DNA from: an uncultured Chloroflexia bacterium
GTDB lineage: Bacteria > Chloroflexota > Limnocylindria > QHBO01
Assembly (NCBI GenBank): GCA_963825525.1
Contig: CAWGTN010000002.1
Coordinates: 448,001-512,000, forward strand
Length of the DNA stretch: 64,000 bases
Direction of reading: 5' to 3'
Both the position numbers and the translations under genes were made by a program. Position 1 is the stretch's first letter; each line of letters starts with the position of its first letter. The notes under the pieces were generated by a model, which was given only the letters and a program-made list of their open reading frames with translations, was not told the DNA's origin and ran no database searches. Below, piece by piece: positions 29,417-41,467 of this stretch.

Positions 29417-32095
29417 TCATGTCCGCCGCTTGCGAGCCGTTGCGCTCCGCGCGTTCCCGCCGCGCCCGGACGCGGCTCGTGCGCCGCTTCGCCGTGGCTT
29501 GCCCTTCGTGCTGTTCGCCTCGCGCTCACGAAGGAGGTCGATGGCACGCTCCAGCGTCAGTTCGTCGGTGACCATGTCCTTGGGGAGCGACGCGTTGGTC
29601 GCACCGTCGGTCACGTACGGCCCGTATCGTCCCTCGAGCAGCTGGAGGTTCGCGCCGGAGGTCGGATGCGGACCGAGCTCCCGAATCACCTTCGCCGCCC
29701 CGCGTCGGCGCGTGGGCTTCTCCTGGCTCAACAGGTCGAGGGCCTCGGTCAATGTCACGTCGAAGACCTGCGCATCACTGGTCAGCGAGCGGAAGTCGCT
29801 CCCCCGCTTGACGTAAGGACCGTAGCGCCCGAAGTTCGCCAGGATCTCCTCGCCCGTGGCCGGATCCGAACCCACCAGCCGGGGCAGCGAGAGCAGCTCG
29901 ATTGCGCGCTCGATGGTCATGGTCGCGGGGCTGTCGTCCTTCGTCAGCGAGGATCGACGCGGCTTATCGGTGCTCCCCTTTTCGGGGGATTCTCCGAGCT
30001 GGACGTAGGGCCCGAACCGACCGGTCATCAGGTAGATGGGCAGGCCCGATGCCGGATCGGCCCCGAGGCTCTCCGGGCCCTTCGCTCGCGACTCGACCAG
30101 CTCGATCGCCTGGTCGAGCGTGAAGTCGGCCGGGGGAATGTCATCGGGCACCGATGCGTTCGTGGCGGTTTCACCCTCGCCGACCTGCACGTACGGACCG
30201 AAGCGGCCGATGCGGACCACCACCGGCGCGCCGGTGGTGGGATGGTCCCCCAACCGCGTGACCGGGTACTCGATCTGGGTCATGTTCTCGACGAGCGTCC
30301 GTAGCCCGGGCCACTGCTGGCCGCCGTCCCCGTTGTAGAACGTGGCCAGGAAGCTGTCCCGATCTCGCTCGCCCTTCGCGATCTCGTCGAGGTTCTCCTC
30401 GATCTGGCCGGTGAATCCCAGCTCGACGAGCGCGGCGAAATGCTCCTTGAGCAGGTGGGTCACCGCGTAGGCGGTGAAGGTCGGCACGAGCGCCTTGCCC
30501 TGCCGCCAAACGTACCCGCGTCGTTCGATCGTCGAGATGATCGAGGCGTAGGTCGAGGGGCGGCCGATGCCGTCCTCCTCGAGGCGCTTGACGAGGGACG
30601 CATCGGTGTAGCGCGCAGGCGGGGATGTCTCGTGGCTTTTCGCATCGAGCGCTGCCAGCGCCAGCGGACCCTCGGCGGAGACCTCGTCCCCGATCGTGAG
30701 CCTGGGGAGCACGGTCTCCTGGTCGCCCAGCTCGGCCGACGGATCATCGGATCCCTCGACGTAGGCGCGCAGAAAGCCCGCGAACGTCACCGCCTTGCCC
30801 GACGCGGTGAAGACGTAGTCACCGTCCGCGGCGGTCGCCGTGATCTCCAGCGACGTCCGGGACAGCCGCGCATCGGCCATCTGTGAAGCGACGGCGCGCT
30901 TCCAGATCAGCTCGTAGAGGTTCGCCTCGTCACGACCGACGGCTGCGCCGAGCTGCTGGGGAGTCCTGCCGAAGTCGGTGGGTCGGACTGCCTCGTGGGC
31001 CTCCTGGGCGTTCTTGACCTTCGTCCGATACTGCCGCGTCCCGCCGTAGTAGTCCGCGCCGTACAGGCCGCGGATCGCATCGGCCGACTCTCGCAACGCT
31101 CGCTCGCTCAGCGTGGTGGAGTCGGTCCGGTGGTACGAGATGATTCCTTCCTGGAATAGTCGCTGTGCGGCGTTCATCGTCCGATCGGCCGAAAAGCCCA
31201 GCTTTCGATTGGCCTCCTGCTGGAGCGTCGAGGTCGTGAACGGCGGTGCCGGCGACTGCGTCGCCGGACGCTCGTCGAGCGTGGTGACCCTCCATGGCAG
31301 CTTGCCGGCCAGCGTGTCACGGAGCGCGATCGCTCCGTCCTCATCGAGCGTCTGCGTACTCGGATCCTTCAGCTGGCCGGTTGCCGAGTCGTAGTCCTTG
31401 CCAGTGGCGAGTCGACCGGCCGGCGTGCGGACCAGCGCGGCCGTGAACGTTGCATCCGCAGCCACCAGTCGCGCTTCGAGGTTCCAGTACTGGCTTCGCC
31501 GGAACGCACGACGTGCCTCCTCGCGCTCGACGACGAGCCGGACCGCCACGCTCTGGACGCGGCCCGCGCTCAGGCCGGTCTGCACCTTCTTCCAGAGCAC
31601 GGGCGACACCATGTATCCGTACAGGCGGTCGACGATGCGCCGGCTCTCCTGGGCGTCAACGAGCTGAAGATCGATATCGCGTGCGTCGGCCAGCGCTCGA
31701 CGGACCGCCTCCTCGGTGATCTCGTGGAACTCGATGCGGCGCACCGGCACCGTGGGCTTCAAGACCTCTTTGAGGTGCCAGCTGATCGACTCGCCCTCGC
31801 GGTCGGGGTCCGTCGCGAGGAGCACCTCGGGGACGTCCTTGAGCGCGGCGCGGAGGTCGCGGACCCTTCCAGCCTTGTCCCGAGGAACGACGTAGTACGG
31901 CCGAAAGGCGTTCTCGACGTCGACTCCCATGCGGCCCCAGCTCTTGTCCTTGATGGCGGCCGGGACCTCGCTCGCATTGTCCGGCAGATCGCGGATGTGA
32001 CCCACGCTGGCCTCGACCCGATAGGCGTCGCCGAGCAGGCGGGCCAGCGTTCGGGCCTTCGCCGGCGACTCGACGATGACCAGCGGCTTCGACAT
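29417..32095 (-). CDS. topA: DNA topoisomerase I with Topo_C repeats
   Basis: LVIVESPAKA, ATDPDREGE, SAGRVQS, YHRTDS, GIGRPSTYA; repeated GR[FY]GPYV at the C-terminus. Confidence 0.98.
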   Translation of the reverse strand: MSKPLVIVESPAKARTLARLLGDAYRVEASVGHIRDLPDNASEVPAAIKDKSWGRMGVDVENAFRPYYVVPRDKAGRVRDLRAALKDVPEVLLATDPDREGESISWHLKEVLKPTVPVRRIEFHEITEEAVRRALADARDIDLQLVDAQESRRIVDRLYGYMVSPVLWKKVQTGLSAGRVQSVAVRLVVEREEARRAFRRSQYWNLEARLVAADATFTAALVRTPAGRLATGKDYDSATGQLKDPSTQTLDEDGAIALRDTLAGKLPWRVTTLDERPATQSPAPPFTTSTLQQEANRKLGFSADRTMNAAQRLFQEGIISYHRTDSTTLSERALRESADAIRGLYGADYYGGTRQYRTKVKNAQEAHEAVRPTDFGRTPQQLGAAVGRDEANLYELIWKRAVASQMADARLSRTSLEITATAADGDYVFTASGKAVTFAGFLRAYVEGSDDPSAELGDQETVLPRLTIGDEVSAEGPLALAALDAKSHETSPPARYTDASLVKRLEEDGIGRPSTYASIISTIERRGYVWRQGKALVPTFTAYAVTHLLKEHFAALVELGFTGQIEENLDEIAKGERDRDSFLATFYNGDGGQQWPGLRTLVENMTQIEYPVTRLGDHPTTGAPVVVRIGRFGPYVQVGEGETATNASVPDDIPPADFTLDQAIELVESRAKGPESLGADPASGLPIYLMTGRFGPYVQLGESPEKGSTDKPRRSSLTKDDSPATMTIERAIELLSLPRLVGSDPATGEEILANFGRYGPYVKRGSDFRSLTSDAQVFDVTLTEALDLLSQEKPTRRRGAAKVIRELGPHPTSGANLQLLEGRYGPYVTDGATNASLPKDMVTDELTLERAIDLLREREANSTKGKPRRSGARAASGRGGNARSATARKRRT

Positions 32096-32205
32096 CGGGG
32101 TCAGCTCCTCGAGATGCGGACGATCGGCGGGGCCCCGTGGCGGGACGCGACGATCATGAGGGCGTGAAAGCCAGCGCGGTTCGGAGCATTTGGTGAGGGA
32201 GTGTA

Positions 32206-32261
32206 GCACCGGCCCCGTGCTCGGCCGCCGAAGCGAACCGAGACACGGGGCCGTGTGGTGC
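32206..32261. terminator. Long GC-rich hairpin between the CAP-domain gene and the topA promoter
   Basis: GCACC-GGCCCCGTG-CTCGG ... CCGAG-A-CACGGGGCC..GGTGC inverted repeat; minus-strand TACACT at 32200-32205. Confidence 0.5.
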
Positions 32262-32305
32262 CTGGGTGAGCGGGCCCGCCGTGTGCACGGCGACCCGGTG
32301 GGTCC

Positions 32306-33974
32306 TCAGTCGGTGAAGTTCCAGGTGATGACCGTGCGCCCACCGACCGTCGCGATCCCGACACCCATGCGCCGAGCATTCGGGTTCAGGATGTTCGCGA
32401 TGTGGTTCCAATGGCCGGGATAGGGCTCAGCCATGAACTGCGCGTGGCACCAGTCGAGCGTCGCCTGCTGGCTCATCCCGACGTGATAGCACTGGTTCTC
32501 GCCGGACCAGCTGAACCCGACGCCGCCGGCACGGAGCCGGGACTCGCGGGTGCTGCCGTTGGCACCGGTGTGGCTGAAGTAGCCGTTCGTCGCCTGGTCC
32601 CAAGCATGGGATGAGGCGACTGCGGAGACTCCCGCGTCGAGGACCACCGGTGCGAAGCCGTATGCGGCCCGGGCAGCGTTGACCTGGTTGAGGGCGTAGC
32701 CCGCCAGGCTGGTTGCTGGTGCCGCCGCCGGCACGACCGGTGCGCTGCGCACCGACGTTGCCGCGCGAGCCACCGCCACCGGCGCCGGCGCCGCCTTGGT
32801 CGTGAACGACAGGCCGGCCTTGACGACGTTGCCATCGGCATCGCGCGGCACCACCGTCGAACGCGACGGTGTAGGACCTTCCGCCGGCCAGGGGCCGGTC
32901 CGGCGTGTAGACGAGCTGAGTCGCTGCCTCGTTCCAGTTGAGGAGCCCGCCGACCAGCTGGCCGGTGGCGTCATCGGTCAGGCCGAACACCTTGTTGGTG
33001 GCCTCGACCGCCATCGGCTGGCTGAACCAGAGCTCGACGGTCGTCGGCTCGACGCCGGCTGCTTCCGCCTCGGGCGTCGTCTTCGTGACCTGCGCGCCGG
33101 GCTGAACGATGAACGAGAAGTTCCCCTTGCCACCGACGACGTTGCCGAGCCTGTCATGCGCACCGATCACGCTGATCGTGTAGCGAGAGCCCGGCTCCAA
33201 CCGACCGGAAGGCCGGAAGACGAGGTCGTTGGCGATCCATTCGATGTCGCCTTCCACCGCTGGGGTGATGGCGAACCGCTCTTCGACGTCGGCGTGGTCC
33301 ATGTCGCCGGAGAAGCTCACGCTGATCGCGCTCGTGGCGCTGACCTCGGTCGCGGTCTTGCTCGGTGGATTGACCAGTGCGACGTCAGGCGCCGCCTTGG
33401 CCGCCGCAGCGTCGAGCGGGGTGTCGACGGAAGCCGCCGCCGTGGCGGTCTCGGCGAGGCGCACCTGGAAGTCGGTGACGCGCGGCGCCGTCTGGGTGGT
33501 GAACGAGAACCGATGGGCCTGGCTCAGCGCGCCGCCGTCCGTGGCGACTGCTTCACCGCCGACCACCACGAGGTAGGTCTCATCGGTGCGCCAGCGCTGC
33601 TCAGGGGTGAGCTTGAGCTGATCGAGGTCCTGATTCCACGACGCGCGAACGGCATCATCGGGCAGGATCTGCAGGTGATCTTCGACGGAACCGGGGTTCA
33701 TGGCGGCGTCGAAGTCGATGGTGATGGAAGCATCGGTGGTGACACCGATACCCACGTTCTGCGGCAGCATCGACTCGGTAACGACCGGAGCCGGTTCCGG
33801 GCCGGCCACGGTGACCGGCGCCTGCTGGCTGAACGCGATGACAACTGTGAACGAGAGGGCGGCAATCGAAACCCGGGCGAGGGCTCGATGGCTGCTCAGC
33901 AAACTGCCGAGCGACTCGAACAGGGCGGCCGCAGCCGCGACGGTTCGGATCGGACGCAATACACAAAACTCCAT
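32306..33974 (-). CDS. Secreted/anchored protein with Ig-like (SbsA/Big_5) repeats and a C-terminal CAP/SCP domain, frameshifted near 32850
   Basis: Three repeats of I.I.F...M...V..., then after the frameshift LNQVNAARAAYG, GYFSHTG, GENQ, HIANILNP, MGVG. Confidence 0.8.
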
Positions 33975-34057
33975 GGGGATTCGGGGCTCACCCGTCGTTG
34001 GGCACGGTCAGGCAAGCCGAGAGGCGGCACAAGGATAGCCCACTCGTACTGGGTCTG

Positions 34058-35182
34058 TCATACGGCCTCCGCAAGCCGGCGAGCGGCCAGGGTGGGGTGG
34101 AAGGTGGCTCCACCGTACGAATCCACCAACCCGCGACCCTCCAGCATGACCAGCGCACTGGCGACCGAGGCAGCCGGCTGACGGGCGCGATCCACGAGCT
34201 CCTCGATCGAGCCGGGCCGCTCCAGCAGGTATCGCATCAGTACCCCCTCCACCTCAGACAACGCGTTCACCGTCGGCGGCCGGCGATCGCGCGTGAGGCC
34301 GATCTGGCGCAGCAGCGAGGCACTGGACGTCACGAGCACCGCATGCTGATCGGCGATCAGGCGGTTGCACCCGCGCGACGCCATGGAATCAATGGGGCCC
34401 GGGACGGCGTACAGCTCACGGCCGATGGTGACTGCGGCCGCCGCAGTCAGCAGAGCGCCGGAGTGATCGGGAGCCTCGACCACCACGACGGCCTCCACCA
34501 GCCCGGCAATGATCCGGTTCCGGCGCGCGAAGTCCGGCTTACCGACCGCGCCGCCGACGGCGATCTCGCTGACGAGCGCGCCGCCGGCGCGCACGAGATC
34601 GCGCGCCAGCGCGCGGTGCCGCGGCGGATAGATGCGATCGAGCGGCGACGGAAGGACGGCGATCCCGCTCCCGCCAGCAACGAGGCCTCCGCGGTGCGCC
34701 GCGCCGTCGATCCCCAGCGCAAGGCCCGAGACGACCATCACGCCTGCCCGCACCAGCTCGTCGGCGATCTCGGTGGCAACCGAAAGGCCGTAGCCCGAGG
34801 CCCGTCGGGTCCCGACGATTGCCACGGCGCGCTCGTGGAACACCACTGCCGGGCCGACGATGAACAGCGTCGGTGGACGTGGGTCAAGGCTGCGGAGCGC
34901 GGGAGGGTAGTCCTCGTCGAGCGCGGTGACCACCTTGCCCCCCGCCGCCCGGGTGACGGACGCGATTCTGCGCGCAATCGCACGCGGATCGTCGGCGGGG
35001 ATCCACGCGGCTCGGCGCTGCCCCGATCGTGCGGGGCCCGGCGCATCAAGACCAGCCGGTCCCGCGCTCCACGCGTCGAGCGCCGAGCCGTATCGAGCGA
35101 GAAGACGAGCGAACCCGACCGGGCCGATCCCGGGAACGGTCGAGAGCGCGATCCATGCGTCACGCTCGGTGGCGCGACTCAC
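34058..35182 (-). CDS. dprA: DNA processing protein DprA
   Basis: AIVGTRRASGYG, VSGLALGIDGAAH, RRNRIIAGL, GALLTA, SRGCNRLI. Confidence 0.96.
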   Translation of the reverse strand: MSRATERDAWIALSTVPGIGPVGFARLLARYGSALDAWSAGPAGLDAPGPARSGQRRAAWIPADDPRAIARRIASVTRAAGGKVVTALDEDYPPALRSLDPRPPTLFIVGPAVVFHERAVAIVGTRRASGYGLSVATEIADELVRAGVMVVSGLALGIDGAAHRGGLVAGGSGIAVLPSPLDRIYPPRHRALARDLVRAGGALVSEIAVGGAVGKPDFARRNRIIAGLVEAVVVVEAPDHSGALLTAAAAVTIGRELYAVPGPIDSMASRGCNRLIADQHAVLVTSSASLLRQIGLTRDRRPPTVNALSEVEGVLMRYLLERPGSIEELVDRARQPAASVASALVMLEGRGLVDSYGGATFHPTLAARRLAEAV

Positions 35183-35221
35183 CGCTTTCCCGTCCGGATG
35201 TGCGACCCGTGGCCACGCCGA

Positions 35222-36727
35222 TCATGCCTCCCCCTCCGGTGGCCGGTGGGCCAGGGCCTCGTCGAGGTGCTCCCCGCGCACGACGGACGAGCCGGCAAGG
35301 TCCGCGATCGTGCGAGCGACGCGTGCGGCGCGGTGGATGCGGCGCATCGACAACCGCAGCTGGCGCGCGCGGAGGTCGAGCTGCGAGCCGATGCCCGGCG
35401 AGAAACCCGTTCGCGCGTCAAGCCACGTCGGCGGCAGCTCGACGTTCGACAGCTGCTGCCGCTCCTGCTGGATGGCGGCGGCGAGCGCAACGCGGGCAGC
35501 AACCACGTCCGAGGCCTCGGCAACCGCCGGCTCGTGCGTCGCCGGGACGGCATCCAGCGGGACGACGAGGTCCAGCCGATCGCGCATGGGACCGGAGAGT
35601 CGAGCCTGGTAGCGACGACGGACGCCGTCATCACATGAGCAGGATCGCCCCCGAGCGCCGTACCAGCCGCACGGGCAGGGATTGAACGCAGCGAGCAGCA
35701 TGAATCGCGCGGGAAGCAGGAGGACGCGCTCGACGCGGGCGATCGTCACGGTCCCGGAGTCGAGGGGTCCGCGCAGCGCATCGAGCGCATCCGCACGGAA
35801 CTGGAGCGTCTCGTCCAGAAACAGGACGCCGCGATGGGCAAGGCTGACCTCGCCCGGCCGAACGCGCGGACCACCCCCGACGAGTGCCTGCATCGAGATC
35901 GTGTGATGCGGCGCTCGGAACGGCCGACGCCGCGAGAGCGAGGCCTCCACCGTCGTGACGCCGGCGACCGAGCGAACGCGGCTCACCTCGGCCAGCTCCG
36001 CATCGCCGAGCGGTGGCAGAATCCCGGCCGCGATCCGCGCCAGCAGCGTCTTCCCCACGCCGGGCGGGCCGGTGAACGCCAGGTTGTGCCGGCCTGCCAC
36101 CGCGATCTCGAGTGCTCGCCGCCCGACCGCATGTCCGACGACGGATCGCATGTCGGGGACGTCGTCAGCCAGCGGCCCCTCGACCAGGCACGGTGCGTCG
36201 GTGGTGGGGAGCCGGTCGAGACCGGCGAGGTGTCTCGTGACCTGGCGCAGCGTCCCGGCGCCGCGGACCTCGGCGCCGGGGACCGCCGATCCCTCGGCGG
36301 CAGCTGCGGCGGGCACGATGACCTCGGACGCACCGGCCTCGCGCGCTGCCGAGACAAGCGCCACGATGCCGGGCACGGACCGCAGGGTCCCGTCGAGAGC
36401 AAGCTCACCGATCAGCGCGACCCGGTCGAGCCCCTGTGCATCCAGCTGCCCGGACGCCACCAGGATTCCAACGGCCATGGCGAGGTCGTGGCCCGTGCCC
36501 TCCTTGGGCAGGTCTGCCGGAGCGAGGTTGATGGTGATCCGTCGGGCCGGCACCTCGAAATCCGAGTTCCGCAGAGCCGATCGGACGCGCTCACGCGACT
36601 CGAGGACCGCACTCCCGGCCAGGCCCACGATGGTCAGGCCCGGCAACCCGAAGGCGACGTCCACTTCCACCCGGACGGGGACGCCGTCGACACCCACCGT
36701 GGATGCGCTCAGCGTGGTGGCGAGCAT
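35222..36727 (-). CDS. comM: ComM/YifB Mg-chelatase-like AAA+ ATPase
   Basis: INLAPADLPKEG, GPPGVGKT, RAPHH, PGEVSLAHRGVLFLDE, NPCPCG, ARTIADL. Confidence 0.95.
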   Translation of the reverse strand: MLATTLSASTVGVDGVPVRVEVDVAFGLPGLTIVGLAGSAVLESRERVRSALRNSDFEVPARRITINLAPADLPKEGTGHDLAMAVGILVASGQLDAQGLDRVALIGELALDGTLRSVPGIVALVSAAREAGASEVIVPAAAAAEGSAVPGAEVRGAGTLRQVTRHLAGLDRLPTTDAPCLVEGPLADDVPDMRSVVGHAVGRRALEIAVAGRHNLAFTGPPGVGKTLLARIAAGILPPLGDAELAEVSRVRSVAGVTTVEASLSRRRPFRAPHHTISMQALVGGGPRVRPGEVSLAHRGVLFLDETLQFRADALDALRGPLDSGTVTIARVERVLLLPARFMLLAAFNPCPCGWYGARGRSCSCDDGVRRRYQARLSGPMRDRLDLVVPLDAVPATHEPAVAEASDVVAARVALAAAIQQERQQLSNVELPPTWLDARTGFSPGIGSQLDLRARQLRLSMRRIHRAARVARTIADLAGSSVVRGEHLDEALAHRPPEGEA

Positions 36728-36838
36728 CGAGACCTCGGCGGAGGCGACGGCATGGGCCTGGCGAAATGCCGGTCGCCACCTGCTCGCCTCCCTACTAACC
36801 AGCGACGACCGGCACCGCCAAGGCTAGGGACGCGGGTC

Positions 36839-38068
36839 TTATCGCCGGGTTAGGGGCGCGTTATCGGGCGGGAACGCCCTCGCTGCCGACCGTCGCCGCG
36901 AACATGGCGTCGAGCTCATCGGCAAACTTGGCCACGCTCTGTCCCAGCGGCGCCATCGGGCCGGCTCGACATGAACGGCTCGCCCGAGTTCAGGGCACTG
37001 ATGGCGCCGCGGTACTCGTTGATGACCTGGTAGTCGATCTTGCGACCCAGCGCGGACTCGGCGTTGTCGACGTTGATGCCGGTGTAGGCGTTCGATCGGT
37101 TGAGGACCAGCTGGACCTTGCTCCGCTCGTACCCCAGCGAGTCCATGGTCTCGAGCACCAGCCGGACGTTCTTCAGGCACGACAGGTCGGCGGTCATGAC
37201 CACGAAGATGACATCGGCCTCGTCGAACAGCTGGAGGTTGAAGTCGTCGATCGTCTTCGCCATGTCGACCACGGTGTAGTCGTAGGCGCGGCGCATGAGG
37301 CCCAGGATGTTCGAGAGTGAGCGCGGATGGGTGCGCTGGCGCTCCATGACGAGGTCCGCGGACTCCGGGTTGGGCGGCGCGAGCAGCAGCTCGCATCCCG
37401 GCATGGTGCGTGACCATGAGCTTGCGCAGCAGGTCGGCATCCAGGTCGTTCTCGCTGATGGCGTTCACGATCGACGCAGAGTCCAGGCCCAGGTCCAGGA
37501 AGACGCGCAGGTCGCCGAACTGAAGGTTGGCGTCAACGATGGCGGTCCGTCGCTTGAGGCGCTCGCGTGAGGGCGATGGCGGCGTTGATGGCGATGGTGG
37601 TGGTGCCCACTCCGCCCTTGGCGCCGTAGAAGCAGGCGAGACGGCCGAGCGTCGGGCCTCTCGGCCCCGGCCTTGGGCCTCGGAGTCCCGCCTGAGCGCG
37701 ACAGCAGCGCCTTGATGCGGGCGATGAGCTCGAGCGGATGGAACGGCTTGACGATGTCGTCGTCCGCTCCGGCACGGAGGCCCCTGACCCGCTGCTCCAC
37801 GTCGGCCTCGGCGGTGAGCATGATGATCGGCACGCGACGGGGGGCTGTCTCGGCCGCCCGAATCTGTTGCGGTCGCGGCGTAGCCGTCCAGGCGTGGCAT
37901 GGCCACGTCCATGAGGATGAGGTCCGGCTCGATGGATGCCGCCATCTCGACCCCGGCCTGGCCGTCGGAGGCGACGTGGACCTCGAACCCCTCCTGCTTC
38001 AGCGTGAAGACCAGGACGCGCTGGATATTGAGATCGTCGTCGACGACCAGGACCTTGGTGGCAGCCAA
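36839..38068 (-). CDS. Response-regulator receiver fused to a MinD/CpaE(TadZ)-like ATPase, multiply frameshifted
   Basis: [18 protein letters not shown]; [10 protein letters not shown]; [32 protein letters not shown] spread across frames. Confidence 0.8.
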   Translation of the reverse strand: MAATKVLVVDDDLNIQRVLVFTLKQEGFEVHVASDGQAGVEMAASIEPDLILMDVAMPRLDGYAATATDSGGRDSPPSRADHHAHRRGRRGAAGQGPPCRSGRRHRQAVPSARAHRPHQGAAVALRRDSEAQGRGREARRSAVSPASTAPRAEWAPPPSPSTPPSPSRERLKRRTAIVDANLQFGDLRVFLDLGLDSASIVNAISENDLDADLLRKLMVTHHAGMRAAARAAQPGVRGPRHGAPAHPSALTLEHPGPHAPRLRLHRGRHGEDDRRLQPPAVRRGRCHLRGHDRRPVVPEERPAGARDHGLAGVRAEQGPAGPQPIERLHRHQRRQRRVRAGSQDRLPGHQRVPRRHQCPELGRAVHVEPARWRRWDRAWPSLPMSSTPCSRRRSAARAFPPDNAPLTRR

Positions 38069-38170
38069 TGCAGATCCCCTGGTGAGATGGATGAGGCGAT
38101 TATAGGGTTCGGGTCGATCCGCTCCATGGTCCGTTGGGCGCGATGATCACCCATCGGTACGGGGCATGGA

Positions 38171-39085
38171 CTACCCCAGGTGGCGCTCCAGGAACGCCAG
38201 GACGCGCTCGCGGTACGCTTCGGGGTCCGTGGCGTATGCCTCGGCGTGGCCCGCGCCCGCTACCACGTAGAGCTCCTTCGGCTCCCCCGCCGCGTCGTAC
38301 AGCCGCTGCGCTCTGCCGCCAGCTGATGAGCTGATCCTCGCGCGGGGAGATGAGCAGCAGCGGCACGCGGTGCGATGCGACGCGACGCGCCCGGATGGGA
38401 TCAGATGAGCCGAGACCGAGCCCGGACGGCCGTCGCCGGTCACTACGATGAGGCGCGCGCCGAGCCAGCGAGTGGATAGCCCAGCTGACGCATGCGGTTC
38501 GCGACCGGATGGTGAAGCTCGGCGAAGGCGGCATCGGCCACGACCGCGGCGACCGGCAGGTCGGGGGCGGAGACGAATGGCGGTCGACGGCGCCCATGCT
38601 GATGCCGAAGAGCGCGATCGGCCCCAGGCCCCTGCTCTCGAGGAAGCGGACTGCCGCCGCCACGTCCCGCCGCTCGTGGCGTGCCAAGCGTCACGAGCCC
38701 GGGTCCGCTCTCACCATGGCCGCGAAAGTCGAACTGCAGGACGTGGTGCCGCTCGCGGAGCCATGGCACGAAAGCAGCCAGCTCGCGGAAGTCGGTGCCC
38801 GGAGAAGCCGTGCATGAGGATGACCGCGGTCCTGCGTCGTCGCGCGCGGCCGGAATCAGCCAGCCGGAGAGGGTCACGCCATCGTCGGTCGTGAAGCGCA
38901 CCGTCTCGTACTCGAGGCCGAGGTCGGCCGGGCTGGTCGGCAGCCGTCCTCCGGGTCCGGCATGAACGGCCGGAACGCCGGGCCGCACCAGCTCGCGGGA
39001 GCCCCGGACGCCGACGCACGAGGAGGTAAGACCGCCGTGACCAGGCCGATCAGCCGGCCGACCGCCCGCAGGCGCGCAGCGTCAT
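38171..39085 (-). CDS. Alpha/beta hydrolase, multiply frameshifted
   Basis: [31 protein letters not shown] nucleophile motif, GAGHAE across frames. Confidence 0.75.
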
Positions 39086-39992
39086 CCGGCCGGTCGCGGC
39101 GCCCGGTTCAGCGGCTGCGGACGGGCGCATCTGGCGCATCGCGCTGGCTGATCGGTCGCGTGAGCTCGGAGAGCTCCATCGGCACGATCCACTTCGTGCT
39201 CTCGCCATCGGCCAGCGCCTTCAGCGCGTCGAGGTACTGGAGCGCCATCGTCTTCTCGTCGATGCCGCTTGGCGGCGCCGAAGATCGTCTGCAGCGCGTT
39301 GGCGTAGCCCTCGGCGCGCAGGATCTGCGACTGGCGCTCGCCCTCGGCGCGAAGGATGTTCGACTGCTTGTCGCCCTCCGCCACGTTGATCGTGGCCTGG
39401 CGGGTGCCCTCCGACTCGGTGATGTATCGCGCGCCGGTTGCGCTCGGCGCTCATCTGGCGGTTCATGGCGTCCTGGATGTCGCGCGGCGGCACGATCTCG
39501 CGGATCTCGACGCTGGTGATCTTCACGCCCCAGCGCTCGGTGACCTCGTCCAGCTTGGCGCGCAGGATGTGGTTGATCTCCTCGCGCTTGGCGAGCACGT
39601 CGTCGAGGGGGATGTCGCCGATGACGGCGCGCAGGGTCGTGGCCGCCAGCGCCTGCGAGGCGCCGGTGAAGTCGGTCACCGCGGTGACCGTGACGTCGGG
39701 CTGGAAGACCTTGGAGTAGACGAGGAAGTCGATGCTGATCGGCGCGTTGTCCTTGGTGATGCAGGTCTGCTGCGGCACCTCGAGGAAGCGCTCGCGCAGG
39801 TCGACCTTGACGGCCTGCTGCACGAACGGGATGAGCAGCACGATGCCCGGACCGCGCGATCCCTGCAGACGCCCGAAGAAGAAGACCACCAGGCGCTCGT
39901 ACTCGCGCACGATGTGGACGATGCTGAACAGCAGCCACAGCCCGATGGCGAGGCCGATGACAAGGATGATCGAGCCCGGTCGGGTCTTCCAT
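39082..39992 (-). CDS. SPFH/stomatin family protein, frameshifted
   Basis: [56 protein letters not shown] repeats. Confidence 0.9.
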
Positions 39993-40001
39993 GGTGCGTC
40001 G

Positions 40002-41374
40002 CTAGCCCTCCGTTGCTCCCCCGTCGCCGGCTGACGCCGGCTCGACGATCAACTCGAGCCCTTCCACCCCGACCACTCGCAGGGGCGCGCCGGCCCCGAT
40101 CTCGGCGCCACCCTGGCTTCGGGCCGACCAACTCTCGCCGCCAGCATAGGCGATCCCCGTCGGAGCGATGAGCGTCTGGGCTGTGCCGGCGGCTCCGACC
40201 AGGGCCGGCATGACCGGCGGTCGCCGCTCCGCGCATTCCGTCGCATCTGGAGCAGTGCGCGCACGAGGACGCCGATGTAGACCAGGCCGACGGCCACCAC
40301 CACGAGCGACGAGCCACGGGCTCACGGTCACCTCGGCGATGCGAGTCGATGCCCGGGTCGACGCCGGTCCACAGTGCGAAGGCGCCGAGCACGAACGCCA
40401 CGAGGCCGCCGATCGTCAGCAGGCCGTAGCTCGTGACGGTGACCTCGAGCGCGAACAGACCCGATGCCGATGAGGATGAGCAGAAGGCCGCCCGACGTTG
40501 AGCGGCAGTGCAGTTCGACCCGATGAACGCCAGCACGATGGCGATCGCGCCGAGGATGCCGGAGAAGAAGTTCGGGATGGAACAGCTCGGCCAGGATGCC
40601 GTAGAAGCCGATGGTGAACAGGATGAAGGCGATGTTCGGGTCGCTGAGCAGGTGCAGGAACTGCTGGCCGATGTTCATCTCGATGTCGCGGACCGCGAGC
40701 CCGCTCAGGGATGGCAGGGGTTGGCCGTTGAACGTGAACGCTCGCCCGTCGGCCCGGGTCCCCTCGTCGATCGTCGCCAGGAGGTCGTCGATGTCGGCCG
40801 CGATGAAGTCCGCCACCGGCGGCTCGAGGGCGACCGCATCGGCCGCGCTGATGCTCGCCGCCTCGCGAACGGCCGACTCGGCCCAATCGGCATTGCGGTC
40901 ATGCTGCTCGGCCAGGGATCGGATGCGCGCCACCGCATCGTTGGTCACCTTGGCGGCCAGGGTCTCCGGCAGCTCGGCTCCCCCGCTGCCGACGACGGAG
41001 GCGGCGCCGATGTTCGTGTTGGGCGCCATGGCGGCGACATCGGCGGCCAGGGTGATGAAGGTGGCGGCCGAACCGGCGCGGGCGCCCCCCGGCGCCACCC
41101 AGGCGATGACCGGGATCTCGCTGGCGAGGATGGCCTTGATGATGGTGTCCATGCTCGTGAGCTCGCCGCCGGGCGAGTCGATCTGGATGATCGCCGCCGC
41201 GGATCCCTCGTCGACCGCGACGCTCAGCGCCTCCTCGATGAACGTGGCGTTGACCTGATCGATCACGCCGGTCAGCTCGAGGCGGGCAATCTGGTCGCCA
41301 TCGGCGGCCGCGGGCGCCGCGATGCCGATGATTCCGATCGCGACGGCAAGGGCAGCGAGCACGCGTCGAGGCAT
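40002..41374 (-). CDS. nfeD: NfeD-like membrane serine protease (long form), frameshifted
   Basis: IDSPGG, RAGSAATFI, AMAPNTNIGAA, DPNIAFILF; C-terminal OB domain (GESWSARS, VEGLELIVEP); paired with SPFH. Confidence 0.88.
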
Positions 41375-41467
41375 GGATCGAGTATAGGTGGCACCCGTTG
41401 TGTTGCCCGTTGGGCGGGTGGGCCTGAGCGGCGGTCGACCACCGTCCGGACATACGCTTGCGAGGTT

